Source: Bugula neritina
Lineage: Eukaryota; Animalia; Bryozoa
NCBI GenBank assembly: GCA_964035545.1
Contig: OZ037770.1
Location: 8,562,973 to 8,626,972, forward strand
DNA length: 64,000 nt
Direction of reading: 5' to 3'
The notes under the pieces are model-generated. The model made no database searches. It saw nothing but the letters and a program-made list of their open reading frames with translations, and was not told the DNA's origin. This document shows positions 26,801 through 41,500 of the stretch, piece by piece (positions within the stretch are counted from its first letter, which is position 1; each line of letters starts with the position of its first letter). Position numbers and translations under genes: made by a program.

Positions 26801-29800
26801 GACTTAGAAACACTAGATTTACTAATTATAATTATTCATCAGCTACAGATAAATATTTTTTCTTTAACCTGAATAATCCACAAAAGTTTATTCTTCTCTT
26901 ACTTGTCCAACTCAAACATCAACTCAACTCCTGGCCTTTATATAACTCTGGTGAGCTAAAAGCTGTGAAGTACCTACTCAGTCCCATTCATTCCAACTTC
27001 TACAGCTGAATGGTCGTAGTTTTGTCACCTTATTGATACCCGCACCTCACAGGAAACGATAATTGCAATAACTGTTAGTTCAATTGACGTAACAGCCTCA
27101 TTCAAGTGTGCTAATTCAGTGAATACCCACCACTTGATGATATTTCATTTCATTTCCCCTCTCTGTGGTTGTATTTGTGAAAAACCATCCAACTAAATAA
27201 ATATTTCCTAAATTCAAGCATAACCCAGCTAATCCAGAAGTTCATGTAGTAAATTGACCCATCAGTAATCATCGTTGACTTGGCGATGAATTGTAATTTT
27301 AAGTTGCACCTAAAAACTGATAACTGACTGAGTATGAATCAGTAATACTCACTAGAAGTGTATCAGCGCAGATCTAGCAACCAGTCATTGTGCTCTTGTC
27401 TGCCCCTGTATCCCTTTTCAATAGAAATTCAATCATAAATAGTCAAATTTCAAAGAGAAATTTCCTTTTGTGTTAAAATTAAAAACTGCATGTAAACGTA
27501 CTACTTAAAGCACCTGAATCACACTTCAGACTATGTAGTATATTTCATACTTGAACATTTAATATATGTTATACCAAGCTATGTAATATATTTCATGCCA
27601 AACCACTATCAACAGCTCACTGTTTTAGCACAATACATTTTCCATGTCACAACTGTAAAAGGGAATTTATATATTTTTTGTTATCATACGCTATTGTAGC
27701 ATATAAATTAGAATATAATATTTGAATATACATTTGGTATTATTATAGTATTTTATTATAACATGCCACTTATAGATCCTAGTAAATCATGTTCAGCATT
27801 GCTGGGGAGGGGGGGTATGCACTTCCATAAGAGTTTAAGGATCACTGGTAAAGCATACTATTATCAAGTACAGAATGTATATAAATTAAGTATGTTCCAT
27901 TGTATAATACTCAAGGTCGGTTTACAAATACCCATGTGCAAGCAGGTTCTCTATAAATAGCCCACAAGCACTTGTGGATGCTGTACATGTGTTGCTGCCG
28001 GAATTCAGGAGCTGCCTGTTCCTACTGACTATATACAAACAGATTACATGTGTTTCAGTGCTGGAGCTACCGGCGTGTTACTAAATATAGACCGAGTGGC
28101 AGACAGGCTGGCGAAAGAGGCGCCCGGGCTTGATGTGCAAGGCATAGTGGACTCCGGCTGGTTCCTCGATACAGAGCAGCTTCACAAAACCGAGTGTACC
28201 AACACTCTCAACTGTCCACCCGCAGAAGCTGTGCAGAAGGGTTTCAGGCAAGTGCAGGCTAGGTTGCAGTAGTACAGATCAGCTGGACACATGTTCTTTT
28301 ATGATTTAGCAGCAGCATTACAAAACAGCATGTTTTTTAGTGTGGAGGAGTGCTGCATGGACATACTGTTTAGAAAGTTGGCAGCAAACCTGAGTTGATT
28401 AAAAGGTCTTTCTCTGTATATGTTCTGAGCTGTAGATATTGATGGAACATTCTACTGCATGTCATATGATGCTCCACACACGAGTGTGCTTGTCCAATTC
28501 ATTAACAAAAGATCCTTTCGTTTTCAGAAGGATAATTTCTGCTCTAGCTTAAATCCATTTCGTTTAGTATATCCATTATTTATATGCTGAAGTTATTGTG
28601 TGTATCAACGAGCTCAGTTTGGTCTCGATTTTAAACTAATCTTTGTTTTTAGATTCTGGAAATCAGAAATACCAAAGAGGTGTAAAAGAGCGTACTCTGA
28701 TGAGCCCTGGAGGTGCTTCTTTGGCTACAGAATCTATCCATTCATCAAAAGTATATTCTTACTCTACTCTATTAGTTCTTATTGCAGTATTATGAATCCC
28801 CAAACCTTGGTGGTAGCTATTCTCTAATCAGTTCTACTTAGGGAACTAAATTACCAGACGGCCTGGCAATAAATTGTCCCAAAAGAGCTATTTTGGGGTT
28901 GATTTGCTACCAGACCATATTTCTTAGGGCAGTTTATCACCAGCTCCAACTACATGTATGAATGACACTAGTTATGTTGTCTATTTTAGCTCCTCTCTTT
29001 GTGATAGCCTATCTGTATGACAGAGCCCAAATTCTAGCCTCAATGGGAGGAGGTCTAGGGGTGTACCAACAAGTGCAGCAGGATTCTTACGCTAAGCATA
29101 ATACTAAAGGAATCAACTATATGAGGGACTTGGCCAAGTTAATGAATGACACTCTATCAAATGTTTCGTGAGTTACCATAAATCTTTCTTTTGTGTTTTA
29201 AATTTTTTGCGTTGTTTTTACCAACATTGTATAAAGTTTATTGGCCTGGAAGTATACAAGTATTATAACAGAAAAACCAATGTAAAAATTGCAACATTGG
29301 AAATTGTCAGTAAATTTTTAAACCTTTAGGTTCTTATTTGAAAAAAATTAATTTATAATTTTTTACATCACTCTCAGTTCCTAAAGTGTTAAATGTATTA
29401 AAACAGTGCCCCACAATAACTAAAATGGCAAATTTGAAATATAATTTTCTTGCAATCTTCAAATTTTCTTTATTTCAAGATTTTATTTGGCATTTCATGT
29501 CCTACCATTCAAGTAAGTGGTACACTGCAGGTGACAATATGAATTTGTATAATTATGTACACAAATAATATTTTGAAAGTTTCATATGAATGATCTAACA
29601 CCTGCTATTTAATATATCTTCACTGTTTACTGTGTTTATAACTCTATTGTTTACTTGTATGCTGTATTGTAGGGCTGTGTTTGCTCCATCTTGCATGGAC
29701 CATGAACTTCTTCAACGCAGGTAATTATTACAATACCAATCTTAGTTTAGTATGACAGCATTTTACCTGCTGTGCTCACCTATAAAGCATTCTTAACTTT

Positions 29801-32800
29801 TTGCATTTCATCTTGCTTTCTTTCATTCTTTTTATGTTCATCGTTTTTTAATATATTTATTGCTACTTTTTCATGTTTCTAAATCTTTTGTTTAGTTGCC
29901 GGCTTGCAAATCATTTCAAGTTCAAATCTTTACAGTTGCAAATTTGATATTCCCACTACTATGAAAGGTCCAAATACATTTCTCATTGAATATCCTTTCA
30001 CTTGCAACCTTCATTCAGTTCTGAGGTTTTTTTTGTCTCAATACTGCACTCTCGTTTCTTCTCTCCTGCTCAGGTGGTTATGAAAGGTGTACTTCTACTT
30101 CCTTTCCAGGCAACGCCTGTAGTTGTTCTCTCCTGATGTAGAAAACTGGTGGCTTTTGACATGAGGTTGATGTTTTGTGAAATGTTTATTGTCCGTTGCG
30201 TAAAAAGTCAGTTACAGCAACTGCTTGGTGACATTGAAGCCCCATATACCAAATCTGTTTATTTTTACCTACTGTTCTTGTGCTGACCTTCATTCTAAAT
30301 GTCAAATGATGTAGGGCCAGCTTGTATTGATTCCACGTAACATTTCACAACCCGCCACCCTACCGCTCGTAGCTAAACATTTCTCGTAACAGATTATTGA
30401 TTTGCCTCTTGTTTACGCAGAAAAATTAAAACAAAGTTGGTAACAGCTGAATTTTTGACCTAAATAGCATGTTGCCATGTGCTGCTGTAAGTGGGTGAAG
30501 CAGAGACAGTTAATGATGTAGGTGCAGTAATGGAGAAATTGAGAAAAGCCTGTGTTCTAGATAAAAAAAATATAGCAAAAGAATTTATGTTCTTGTGAGG
30601 ATTTCAACCCTGCACCCTAAACCACAATTTATTTAAATAATTAAAGAATTTAGGCTATCTGAATTTTTCCACTGCAGCACCTGGGGGGGGGGGGGGTCTT
30701 AACTTCTTGGAATTTTAGAGTTTTTAGCATTTTTTTAAAAAAAATCAGTACATGTAACTTGAATAATTTACCTGCATACCTGAAGTAGGGTACAGAGCAA
30801 AAGCATGTATACAAATTTTAAAAAATTGCTGACTGTAAGTGCCTGTGTTCTTTGGAAGAACTGATATTTTTTAAAGGAAGGAACTATTAAATGTGTACAA
30901 ATGACCATGTGAAAACCAGTATAGTATATGATGCTCCTGGTATAGACTTGGTACCAAACCTTATAGTACTGACCACTTTTGTTTAAAGTAGTGTGAACTG
31001 CCTATGAATACGCTGTACCAGCACACCTCTAGCCAGGGGTTTAGCGCCTCTCTACTATATATTACACATTTACATTATCAGCACAGCTCTAGTTAGTAGT
31101 ACCACTCAACATGTTGATACTATATTCTGCACTTATTAGCACAGCTCTAGTTAGTAGTGCCACTCAACATATTGATACTATATTCTGCACTTATTAGCAC
31201 AGCTCTAGTCCGTAGTGCCACTCAACATATTGATACTATATTCTGCACTTATCAGCACAGCTCTAGTCCGTAGTGCCACTCAACATATTGATACTATTAA
31301 TGCTGTTTTAGCCATAGTCTTCTGTTGATACATTGCCACATGATTCTGCACTTCAAAAGATTCCAAATGTTTGACCAACAAATATTTTGAGCAAGAGCCG
31401 TGACTAAATTGACATATCATGACATGGGCGAGCTAGGTGGTTTGAGACGCCCTCTCCCTGCCCCTACCCGTCGCAGCAGTGTACAAGTGATTTGGTAGGC
31501 CACATACCTCATCCTATATGAAGATCATACAATTCAGTCGGTTCTAAAGGAGAGATAAAAGGCCTCCCACTTAGCTAGGCACCCCTGAGCCCTTGTTTTG
31601 GCTAGTGATGACAAAGCCAGCTCTAGCATAATATTTACCTAAGTCTTTTGAAATTAGATGTGGTGTTCTTGAGCTGTGAACCTTTATGGCTTATTGTCAA
31701 CAAGCAGGCATTTCATCTTTTGATACTTACAGCACATGTAAGACCTGTGAACATGTCTTTGTACTCTGAGCTTATAGCACTGGATCTTCTTTATTAAGTC
31801 CTTCTATTTCAACACCTCAATATCTTAGCAACTCCTTCTCAACTTCCTAGTAAAGTGGTATTTAATATATCACTGAGTTCTGTGTTTACATCTCAACTAT
31901 TTATTCAATTTACCTTATACCTAACGTAGCTGGTGTTCAGTAATACAGTTTATATGATATACCAACTCACTTACTGTTTTGTATTTCCTGGTAACATCTC
32001 TCTGCATTGCCAAAAGAAGTCCCGTCAACCACAGAATTGTGGGGTTTTGCACAGTCTGATTTACAACAGTTTGAGTGTTCAGATTTGAAGTAAAATTATT
32101 TTATTTCACATCCAGGCAACTTCATGAAGCAGATATTGAATAAATTGGGTTGAAAAAGCTGCAATCTCACATCTGCTGAGTTTTTTAAGTTGAATTTAGA
32201 AGTAAATAGATTAGATTTGTTTCCCCTGAAAATATTTGTGTACTTACACAGCAAATGGCACAGCGTAGCAGTCAAAGGAGTTACTCTGATAGAGGCCCTG
32301 AGATGTTGGGAGGGTAGTCAGGAAACAACTAATCGTCCCCGCCAAGCGCAGTTGCCGCCCTACCCCTGGTCCACAAGCTCTTTCGAAGTGCCAGATCTCT
32401 CAGAGTTGGAGGATATCGCCAGCGAGGAAGAAGTGACCAACGAGATTCGTCACTCCAGCAGGAAGTTGGACAAGGAAAGGCGGAGATTACGAAGTATGTG
32501 CACACATGGATATAGTAGAGTGTAGTGTGGACAATAATATATAATTTATTATAATTTAATAAAAGTAGGGCCAAATTATTTGAATATAAGTGAAACACAT
32601 GGTTTATTGACTCTGCTTGATGTATGGAGAATAAAGTATTAGCAACTTTAATTCTGAAATCTTTCTGCATATGATTATTTGGTTGCGTTTTTCTCACCAT
32701 TTCACTGTCCCTTAATAGTTAGTTGATTTGGTGATTTATAGAGAGGTTGGCATGCCAGCTTTGATACACACATTTCCATGTTTTTGTTATCAGTTGATCA

Positions 32801-33637
32801 AAGGAAACAATATGCAAGGAATTTAGGAGATACATAGAAATAAGTTGTAGCTTAGTATTTAGAATAATATAAATTAGTAATATGTAATTCTACTGTAATA
32901 ATCGCTGTAATGTTTCTGATTTTTCTCCCACGAATAATCTGGGAACAGGAAGTAACTTGTCTTATTGTATTCTTATGCAATTTGATTCTTGGCACCAAAA
33001 CCCTTTAAATCACACGATTCTCTTTCCTTTGATATTCTAATTATTTTCCAAAAATATTCATGAGCTATTTGTGAACCTACCCTTTACCTTACTCTACAGC
33101 CTGCCCTATAGGCTCCCCTACAGCTTGCCCCATAGTCTGACCTTCACATTACACACCTGTTATACAACTTAAGCTGCTAACTTCAGTTGGCTGCCTTACA
33201 AACATTATGTACCAAAGTTATGGGAAAACACATAATTGTATAAAATTTATGCAGGAAATAAAAAGAAGAAAAAGCAAAGAGTGCTCAAGAAGAACAGGAA
33301 ATCCTTAAGGTTGAGGAGGGAGATAACTTCTGAAGAGTCAGAGGCGGGCACTGGACAAGGGGCGGAGTCTGTGGAGCAGTTACTAGCCAATGCTCTACAG
33401 AGTAATAGCCTCAGAGCCTATGCCAACCAGCAGCAATCGCAGTGTCAGTATCAACTGTTTGACGAGTGCACAACTCCTAACTGCAACCTCCTTTGTCCTT
33501 CTTACATAAATCTCTTCAGTACTGACAGTAGTAATCAGAATAAAAACCCCAGTTACTATAACGCAGATATATCCGATATCGAGAGGTATATAGACGACCC
33601 CGATATGTTAGATGAAATAATATCACGGCAAAGCTGA
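20881..33637 (+). CDS. NOTUM: Notum (palmitoleoyl-protein carboxylesterase, Wnt deacylase), 596 aa. Exons 20881-21170, 24328-24476, 25353-25463, 26398-26500, 28059-28247, 28653-28750, 28990-29167, 29673-29720, 32252-32493, 33255-33637
   Basis: Motifs [37 protein letters not shown] (nucleophile Ser split over an exon junction), [21 protein letters not shown] (Asp), APSCMDHE (His), terminal C..PNCN..CP; all phases fit if intron 5 is GC-AG. Confidence 0.95.
21920..22040. repeat. 15-bp minisatellite
   Basis: tgtgtagctgtacct, about 8 copies. Confidence 0.9.
22729..22880. repeat. 20-bp minisatellite
   Basis: gtagtttacactctctagct, about 7 copies. Confidence 0.92.
25638..25795 (-). mobile_element. 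~155-bp MITE family, copy 2
   Basis: Reverse complement of copy 1 interior; TA on both sides. Confidence 0.75.
26650..26745. repeat. 20-bp minisatellite
   Basis: agtcatagtcactattagtt, about 4 copies. Confidence 0.88.
30521..30681 (+). mobile_element. ~155-bp MITE family, copy 3
   Basis: ggtgcagtaatggagaaatt..ttttccactgcagcacc. Confidence 0.75.
31076..31297. repeat. 58-bp tandem repeat, about 4 copies
   Basis: agcacagctctagt..ccactcaacat.ttgatactat recurring. Confidence 0.92.
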
Positions 33638-36600
33638 CTAGGCCGCGCCACTTGCAAGCAACTGTTTCATGCGTTCTATTACGGATCATTGCAAGACTAC
33701 ATTCAGTAGGTGTTTCTCCAGCATGTAGTGCCTACTGTTCGACAATCAGCTTGTATAGCCTACTGATCCTAGCAAAGCATGAACTATTTATCGCTGCAAG
33801 TGGCGGAGTCCGGTCTTTATTTGTGCCATTTTTTCCTCAGTCTATTTTTGTTTTTAAGAGATTAAGATTTATATTGTACTTGTACATGAGATTTTGAATT
33901 GTTGCCGTTTTATATAGTCTATTTAAAGTCATTTGTATCTAGTCAAATTCTTATTTTAGTTAAATGACAGCATTGACTATGTAAACTTTTCAAACTACAT
34001 TATTTTTCTCAGGATTGTTGTCAATGTGTTTGAAATTCCTAAGTATTGTTTTACCAGTAACATATTATATGTAAGTTTATACCTACATTGTACCTACACA
34101 CTATTATAGGTTTCACACTAAGTGCTTGTTGCAATGTGTGCTATTCCACATTAATTTTTAATGTTAACTTTATTTTCACAAATTATTTCCAGAAATTGTA
34201 TACACACAATGAATCTCGTTGAAATTTTAATCTATCAGCTAATAGTAAAGTATTTGGGAGTAATATTATTCACTTAGACTCAGTTACAGTCTGGGGTATT
34301 TTTATTGTCCATATGAATGTAAATAATAAATATTTATTGGTGGTAAATTACTACCAGTTCTGTTAATAAATATATGTAATATAAAACCATGGCGCCTGTA
34401 TCTGTTTTACAATCTACACTTGCTCTACTTGCGCATTTTTCGCCAAACAGTCCTTCAGTAATTGATGATCTGCTTTATGCAATTATTTCCAGGCATAGAA
34501 GCAGATTTCCATGATTCATTGCACTTCTCTTGGAGTTGTCTGTTTATTTCATGTGTAAATATTAATTTTTATGAATGTAAATGTAATTACCAGTAAAGAC
34601 TGGGGCTTTTTATTTCAAATTGGTGCAACTAAATACATTATATACTCTAATATACAACCTGTGCTATATTTAAAAACCTTGCATAACCAACCCTGTATGC
34701 TGTTTTAATGACTGCAGTGAGTATTCATCTATAGTGAGTAAAATATTAAACTTTACAAGCCAAGGTGATAACTGTTCTTGATTCCGCCATCTTAAGTGTT
34801 TTTAGAAATAATTGAAAAAATGCTATCAACATAATTATTTCAAATTTAGTTCAAGCTTGCACTGTATCATATTGTCAACATGTATACACACTTATGTATG
34901 CTTTATATAGCATATGTAAATAAAGGAGAAATAATTATATTATATATTATATTATTTTGCTAATCAAATTGAGCTATGGAAGTATAAATCTTTTACATTG
35001 CCAATGTTTACATACTTAGTATTTTATATACAATGTAAATTATCAATTTGAGCCACGTATTACATTCATTGCTACTTGCAAACTGTATATTACACATGCA
35101 TATGAAGTTTCTTCTCACCATGCACCTCTTTAACCTAGATTAATAATCTACATACATTAATTAATCTATTGTTAATTTAATTTACAACCGAACTGTTACT
35201 TGCCAGCTGACTTTTGCAATACCGATTTACAAATGTTACTGAGTGGAACAGGTTAGTCAGGATACATAGCTGAAAAATTCACTATAATTATATCATGAAA
35301 GCTAAAGAAATTAAGATGATGGGATAATAATTTTATAACTAGATTAATTCTGAAAATATATTCAAAGGAAAAAATAATATGCAAATAATTTCTGAATCTG
35401 ACTCAATATTTTCCTTTGAGTTTACATAATTTTTGCATTATATTCATATGATTTTTTACCAAGTATAAATTATACATTCTATAAGTTTATGAGCAGACCA
35501 TTTCTCATTTACATTGTAGTTATGCAACATCTGTACATTGTATATGTTTATACACATCATCTCCTGGCACAGTCAAGTATATACAACTCTAATATATATG
35601 TATAACCACCATTTATTATTTAAGGCTATTATGGTTATTATTGTTTACTGTACATATATGACTAACTATGCAATTTGCAAATCATGTTATAAATAAGATA
35701 GCTGATGAATCAACACAGCTGACCTTAGCTTTCATTTTATGGGAAGCAGGAAATTTGCCTATTTGTTAGGAATCAATGTTTGCTTCATTTTCCTAATTCT
35801 GATTTTTTGAGATGAAGCTAACATTTTTCAAAACATACGTGTATGCTATCTTACAGTACATCAATCTAAAACTAGGTCTATATAATATATATACACTAAT
35901 TGTGGTCAATTATGGATATTTTGTTGTCCATAGATCTATATTCATATTACTAAATCATCTTTGCTATGTAATTTCTCTGAATCGACATACTTTTCCAATG
36001 TTTTCAACTTTAATTTAGTGCTACTTAATGTGCATTTACTATAATTGTGCAGCAAATTTATGAGAGTAAATTCAGTACATGCAATGTATCACATATATAA
36101 TTATTTTAACTATGCTAAGCAGTTTTATTGGGCCAATAACACAAAGAATAGTACATTAATATATTTACAAAATTGCGTGAATACTCAATGTACTTGAAGC
36201 AGAAAAAGTGAAGTATTTATTTGTATTTGCTTATAGTAGCAATTTATGCAGATCATGTAGTGTAATAGCAATTTAAATGCTTAATCTACATGAATATATG
36301 TGTAGAAAATATTATCTAAAAGACTTACTCGATGTGGTATTTTTTAATTAATTTGTATAAATTGGATTTTAAACTTGTATAAAAAGTGAAGCTGTCTATG
36401 CCATACTTGTATACAGGCATTATATTTTGTATTTTATCAATATATGACAAATTTTATTATCAAATAATTTCTAAGCAATAAGGTAGTTCAGAAGTTCATG
36501 GCCTATTAACTCTGATAAACTATTAAGTATTAGATGGAAATAGAGTAGGAAGGCAATAACTGGCATAATTTCTAGCACATTACCAGCTGAGCAGGTGGTA

Positions 36601-38561
36601 TCAACAGAGTTGTCTTCTTTATTTCTATAACAAGTCACACTAACTTGAATATAGAAAATGTGTTATAAGAAATCAGGCTCACACATAAGTTCATTGCTGC
36701 TGCTTTGATAAAATTTTGTTTATAAGATTTTTAGATTTCAATGTCAAATCTGTTTAATGGAGTTGGGTTCCCCTTCATTTGTAGCTGAAGAATAGAAATC
36801 ATAGTCTAATAAATAATGCGCATAGGATAAAAAGTTCTGATAACTTTATCAGAGCAGAGCTGCGTGCTATTTTAATAACTAAACAGCAAATAATATGTCT
36901 GGGCGTTGTATAATTATTTTCATAGCAAAATTTCACACCTTTTACTTTATTCATTCACAGTTCCACTGGTGACTAGTTATTTAAAGTATTGATTATGCTG
37001 TTAATTGAAGACATCATTAATAATACTATTGTGTTAAAATAGGACACTTCAGAACTAGAAGATAAAGAGCAAATTGATAATGATAATTCATTAATTGATA
37101 ATCACTATGATAATGTATTTCACTATTTGTAACACTACCAGTACCTTATATATTTTTTGATTTTCATTTTGATTTACTAGCATTAGTACGCCTGTTGTTA
37201 TTACTACAACTACAGCTAATATTGGGCCTAGATTTGTGATTTTTCGCTTTCAGTTTTACTACTATAAACTACTAATTTAAAGTGTACTCTGTCTATAGTC
37301 ACAGCTTGTCATATCATGCCGCATTCAAAAATATCAGTTCAAAAGTAAGCCAAGAAACTTGCAGTAACTCAAAGCTAGGTCGATTTGAAATGACTTGTAA
37401 ATTGCTACAAATTGTTTGTGCTTGTAGATACAATGCTCATTTACATTATTATAATTAATAGGCTTATTCATCTAAAAAGTGATCAAATGAATACAAATGA
37501 ACTAGTTAGGAGCACTAGTATCGGCTATTCTGTATTTAGCAAGTCAATTGAGTAAAAGTTATTGTTTATGGCAAGTCAACTTAAATCAAGGAGTTGTAAA
37601 TACTCAGTCAATATGCCATGAACTCCATTTATTGTTTTATATGCTTTGAACTGTGAGGATTGTGTGGGTTTATAAACACATAGCATCAAAATAGTTAGTA
37701 AATAAATATAAGCATATTTGAGTCAAGTACTAAACAGTTATTTATTGTCAAAAATGTAATTTAAAAATTTGAAAGCTTTGATATATTTTTCAGTAATTGT
37801 TTCAATAATTTGTTTGTAAAGTTTTTAGTTAATCTTTGCTAGTTTTAGAAATATGATTGTGTTTTACCCATTTGAAGCAACAAAGTTTTAGGTCAACAAG
37901 TATTTGAATGCTTTACTCTAAGCTACTTGTTGACAAAATACTGCTAGTTTAACACTTTGCTAAACTATAGTTCGTAGCTCATTCATTCAATACATAGTTT
38001 TAATGTCATTTAAAATAAATAAATAGCTTGTGATCAAGGTGTTGACTAACAAATAGGGGCATAGTCGTCTACCAGTTCATAAATAACTAACTTCTATATG
38101 TTTAATTTACTAAATATAACATGGTGGAATCGCTATCAGCATAACTATGTATATTTTATATATAATCTCAAACAAATTTTCGAAGACTAAAAGTAAGATT
38201 AAATATTTGATGATATCAATGTGTGAATATTTTCTTAGTTTAGGTTTCATTTTTCCTTTTATTCAGGAAAGTTTTGTTACTAGTTGCATATAATACTTGC
38301 TGTAATTTTGTAGCCATAAAAGTATTTCACTAGTTTACTGGCATTCAGTTTGTTATGCAGTAAATATGAGAAAGTGTGAGAAAAGTTAGATAATGGGTTT
38401 TTAAATTTAGCACTGGTAAGCAGGTATTAGTTATAAGGATGTGTAATTATTAATCTCTTTCAGACAAACCTGCATACATAACCTCTGCCGATATATTCAG
38501 TAAGAGATGACAACTTCAGTTAGTTAAAACACAGTGGCCTTAATATGCTGAAGAAATAGAC

Positions 38562-41500
38562 ATGCTGTCCCTGAAAGTGAGGCTGCCCCAGAAACATGCG
38601 CAGGATCTCAGTTTCTCTCCTTTCTACCCGAACAAGTTAGCCTGTGCTTCTGGGCAATACTACGGTATAGCTGGTCAGTTGATACTTTATATTAGATGGA
38701 ATAAAGCGATGTTTTGTGCAAGAGCACTTTTAACAAAGATTTAAAATATTATTAAATTTGGACTTCTTTTCGAAAAAATTAGTTAGAAAATTTTAGTACT
38801 GAAGCTAATCTGTAAACTCATGTATTTATAGGTAGTGGCTCTTTAAACATCATTACTCTGACTGATGTGCCAGGTGCCCCGACAGGTGCTCTAGCAGGTG
38901 TGCAAGGTGCTCAACCAGTAGTACAATCACTTCCTTGGAGTGACTGTTTGTTCTCTGTGGCGTGGAGTGAGAAGAATGAACATGTAATAGTAACAGGCTC
39001 TGGGGATGGCAGTGTTCAAGTGTATGACATTAATAATAGCAAGGTAGATAACTTCAATGACATTTTATACTCCGTCACTATGTCTGTACAGTTGCATATA
39101 TTTGCTCATAACATTCTTGTCTTGTTGTCTGACTCAAATGCTTTATTGGATAAATTAAAACATAGAATTCTCTACATTTTGGACTGTATACACATACTTG
39201 GACTTAGGGATATGCATGTAATGTGTATGTTTGTCTATTTGGTATGTTTAGGGTCCAGTAGCGGCATTGAAAGGTCACTCCCGAGAAGTGTCTTGTGTAC
39301 ACTGGTGTCAGTGTAGACTCATCAACCACCTGTTCATGTCTGCCTCTTGGGACAGCTGTATCAAAATTGTGAGCTCACATCCTCTATATCTAATGACTCA
39401 CTGAATAATTGTTGAAGGATTTTAGTATCTTTCACTTTACCCTATTTAGTATTTTTGTGTTGAATGGTATATTAGTTTATATCATGTTGTAGTGATAGTA
39501 TTGCATATATTATTGAAAAAATATTATATGATATATTTGCTGTATATCATAGCTTATATGTTATATTCTATTATATTTTATAGTATTATATGCTAGTGTG
39601 TATGTTATTTTTATGCATAGAAATGACTTTAGCATATTTGGCTATAATGTAGTAAAATTTGAATTTACTATTTGGTGACTTTGGAGTAACTGGTGCTCAT
39701 CTGCAATCTAGTATCTGTATGTGTGGTACAACTGTGGCAGTATACATCCACACTCCCCAGGGTAGCGGAGTTATCTCTCCAATTTGTTGTAGTGGAATGG
39801 AGAGACGCTACAGATGGTGTCAGATTTACCCAATCGTCATGATTCACTGATTTACGAGGTCCAGTCATCTCCATTAGTACATGGTCTGTTCGGATCTTGC
39901 TCAGGTGTGCAGTTGTTAAATTAGCAGCTGTGAAATGATGGTTTTGTTGATAGTAGTAGTGGTAGTGGGGATAGTAGTTATAGCAGCAGCTGTTATAGTA
40001 GTAGCATTACTAGTAATGGTAGTGTCACAAAGTTGATGCGCAATGTGAGAATTCGTTTAAAAATATCTGGTGTCTGAAAATATTGAGGTGTTTTCCTCTG
40101 CTAGAATTAGAGATGAGATGTCCTGTCGTAATATAACAGTCTTTGTTGAGTTGTGTGGTTTTATAATAAAATTCTTAACAAACCACACAGCTCAACAAAG
40201 ACCATTATATTATGACAGGACATCTCATCTCTAATTCTTGCCGAGGAAAACACCTCGGTATTTTCAGACACCAGATATTTCTAAACAAATTGTCACACTG
40301 TACACCAACTTTGTGACAGGTAGTAATAGTAACCGTTAAAGTAAGAGTAATCGCAATAACTGTAATTGTAACTGTGATTTTAGTTGTTATTAGTTTTCAA
40401 GGTTGTATATTTGTAGTAACTGCCACAGTGATAGTTATTCTAACGAAATAGGTGCATGGTGGTAGCCAAACTTATGGTATACTGTGTGTAATCTTTACCC
40501 TCGCTGTTACAGGTGACGGCATGGTGAAGTTATGGAACATGAATTCTGCTCATCAACCAGTGAAAGGTTGGGTGGCCCACCCTCAGGCTGAGGTCCTGTC
40601 CCTTGATTGGTGTAAATATAACCAGGTGCGTAAGCAACAGATTAAAGTTGCGTTTATACCTTCACGATTTTCACTCAGAAATTCAATTTGGCCGAGTTGA
40701 AATTTTTCCGGGATACATTGCATTGTAAAAGCCACTCGTAAAAATTTTGTGCTGTGATAACTTAATTGGCCGAGTTCAGAATAATACTCAAAAGGAGTAA
40801 TAACTCCTTGTAAATGTCATTATTTAATTATGACTTTGTCGATTAGATGATGTAATATGTTAATAATTATCTCGCCTACGCCTTCTCAATTATTGCTTTC
40901 ATGCTGCATGTCAACTTTACTAAATCACGACGGTTTCAAATGGCATCAAATAGCGATTACTCGAGTCAGATTTTACTTTTAGAAAGTAGGCTTCCGCATT
41001 AATATGACTTCAACAAGCTTCAGTTTGACTATAAAGGGGTACTCGGACGAGTGTTCTTAACTGAAGCTCGACACTTTTTTCAGCAAAGGTATAAATGCAA
41101 CTTAAGTGAGCCCAGTAAAAATCCTCTAAGCTGATTTGAGGATATGTTAGTATGAGAATATTGTGTTTAATATATCATTATTTAGAATATAGTTGCTACT
41201 GCTGGCACAGATGGCCTACTGAAGATATGGGATATTAGAAACACTGGGGAAGCTCACATGGTGTTGGTAGGACACCAGTATGCTGTTAGAAGGGTTAGAT
41301 TCTCCCCTCACCACGCATCACTGCTAGCCACTTCATCCTATGACTTCTCCATCAAGTAAGATTATTCTCCCTTAGATACGCATACTACACACAGGCATAC
41401 GTATACTACACACAGGCATACATATACTACACACAGGCATACGTATACTACACACAGGCATACGTATAATACACACAGACATACGTATACTACACACAGG

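Noticed and set aside
33638-37000. Long AT-rich stretch after Notum
   Set aside because: No ORF, repeat or RNA structure recognised; consistent with 3' UTR and intergenic DNA.
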